Source: Paramoeba atlantica (Eukaryota > Protista > Discosea). From it: a stretch of 64,000 nucleotides of DNA. Every line of letters begins with the position of its first letter. The stretch's first letter is position 1. The stretch spans positions 129,755 to 193,754 of the forward strand of contig CDRNVI010000178.1 in NCBI GenBank assembly GCA_977017575.1, given 5' to 3'. The notes under the pieces are model-generated. The model worked only from the letters and a program-made list of their open reading frames with translations. It had not been told where the DNA came from and did no database searches. Positions 62,150 through 64,000 of this stretch are shown here, piece after piece. A program made the translations under genes and the position numbers.

Positions 62150-64000
62150 GATGATGAAGAGGAAGAAGAAGAAGAAGAAAGAGGTGGAGCAGGGGACTGA
62201 TCTGCAAGGAGCCAACCATCTGGAAGACTGATATTGATGCAGTAGAGGTTTTGAACTTTCATACCAATTGCTATCAACTCATCATTGTAATACAGTTGAC
62301 ATCCAGTCTTCATAAAACATGTGGATACATCTTTCTGGGCCAGCTGGCTCACAGAAATGAACAACTCAGACACCTCAGGGATAATTGTTACATCCAACAG
62401 TGTTACTTGATGTTTAGTACCAGTGGAGGTAAAAGTAATCTTTGCAGCATGTGTAGAGGTGTATCTTTTGTTGTCAAGCAAACAGATCATTCAGGGATGA
62501 ACAGAATGTTCATCATGTACAGCATGTAATAGATTCGCACCAACAATATGTCTTGTGCATCTGCTATCAACAATAAAGTTCAACTCATTTGATGTGGGGG
62601 ACTCACCAGAGAAAAGGAAACAATGGGATTGAGAACCCAGGTGATTGGAGGAACCAGAGGAGGAGGGATTGCGAGAGTGAGATTGGTTAGATCTGCACTG
62701 ACCATTGGTGTGTTGTTGTTGGTTGGGACAGCCTGAATCGAAACGACTAGGACCAGTACTCGGGCCAGAACCAGGACCAGAGCCAGAGCCAAAGCCAGAG
62801 GAGCCAGAAGAACCAGAAGGAGAACATGAAAAAGAATGTGTTAAGGTGGAATTTCCTAATTTGGAACCACCTTTTTGTCTTTTTCTTCTTTTTCTGTGTG
62901 AGGATCAATTTGCAAAGAGTTGATTGTTCAACTCAAATGTATTGGAAGCATGCTCCATAACATGGTTTTGTGTTGGGTTGTCATAGTTGGTTTTGTTGAC
63001 TTTGTCGTTTTGTTGGTGAGTGGAAACACTGAACTGTTTTGTGTGTGTTTTCTGATTGTGAATAATTGTAAATTATTTGTTGCCCTTTTTTGTACAAAAG
63101 AGGTTTTGTTCTTTGGACCCATTTGTGGGTGAAAGAGTGTAAACTTTCTTTTGTTCTTTTTGGCTTTTGGAACGCATTTGATAAAAGACATTGAACCAAG
63201 CTTGTTTTTTCTTTGTTCTTTGTTCTTGTTCTCTGTTCTTGTCTCTATCTCCATACTATTCCGTAGAGGACTCAACTTTTTGAGCTTCAGGGAAAGTCAA
63301 ATGACTTTGTTCAACCAGATAATTGTATACAGCTTCATAGCAGTGGTGAATAGAAGTGAGGAGGACCAACAACATGTCATCTTCCATGATCAAACCAGTG
63401 CCAACAAATCCAAATGTCTCCAAAATTGGCTTTGCAAGATCCAGATGATTGACCAGAATATCAATCAGTATCTCCTTGATATCTTTTTGAGTAATCTTCT
63501 TCTTTGACTTGAAAGTGGTTGAGCCCAGGGAAGAGTGAAGAGTGAAGTCACTTCCAGTAGTGGAACCAAGACCAGAGGATGAGGAGGATTTTGATGACAA
63601 TGAGGGAGGAGGAAAAGCAAACTGCAGTTTTTGAGCCTGTGCTTCATGCATCTGGTGAAGATGCTTCTCAGTGATGGCATTAGCTTTATCAGCAGATGTC
63701 TTGAGACAGGTGAGAAATTGGTCGGTCAACTCTGTGTTATCAAGCTGGGTGGAGTAGAAGCTGGCCTTTAAGTTGTGGCAATTAGAAGTGGTTGGGGGGT
63801 TGTGCTTCTTCTGCAATAAGTTCCAGAGAATGTGGGGGTTACAAGCTTCCTGAGAGGCAATGGAGGGCACAAGAACTTTCTTGTTTTTAGCATCCACATT
63901 GCAGTAGATGGCAGCAGTGACCTGGGCAGAAACAATCTGTTGCTCAGGAATGAGATCCTCATGAAGGGAAGTAACATACTTTCTTCTATTGATGGTGTCA
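62150..64000 (-). pseudogene. Ty1/Copia gag-protease remnant, truncated after the protease
   Basis: UBN2-like LWNLLQKKH, LNFIVDSRCTRHI, LLDVTIIPEVSELFISVSQL, QNLYCI. Confidence 0.82.

Noticed and set aside
1-64000. Alternative genetic code (TGA read as sense)
   Set aside because: TGA aligns with Arg at some sites and Trp at others, sister copies retain TGG (55340 versus 28750), and frameshifts co-occur. Mutational decay explains it.

Overview
AT-rich eukaryotic DNA made almost entirely of nested, decaying transposable elements. I recognise no intact host gene. In-frame stops and differences between repeat copies are overwhelmingly C>T/G>A transitions, mostly at CpG. Retroelements: a full-length Ty3/Gypsy chromovirus (34582-45275; 4-bp TSD; no recognisable gag) with two solo LTRs; a full-length Ty1/Copia (53801-61630; 5-bp TSD; half-tRNA-Lys-type PBS); older Gypsy and Copia remnants; three 5'-truncated L1-like copies carrying an archaeal-type RNase H; and two tRNA-derived SINE families. 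DNA elements: two pogo-like elements with TIRs and a Crypton-like tyrosine-recombinase cassette, for which the empty site is also in the window. Removing the nested insertions from about 30-62 kb leaves a backbone of roughly 9-10 kb. It carries two mutually homologous genes whose C-termini resemble TET/JBP 2OG-Fe(II) dioxygenases, two orphan ORFs, a 200-bp tandem array and a RAG1/Transib/Chapaev-like DDE transposase. This is a candidate TET/JBP-carrying DNA transposon, and its central part recurs inverted at 12-15.5 kb. All domain calls come from manual translation and motif recognition; no searches were run.
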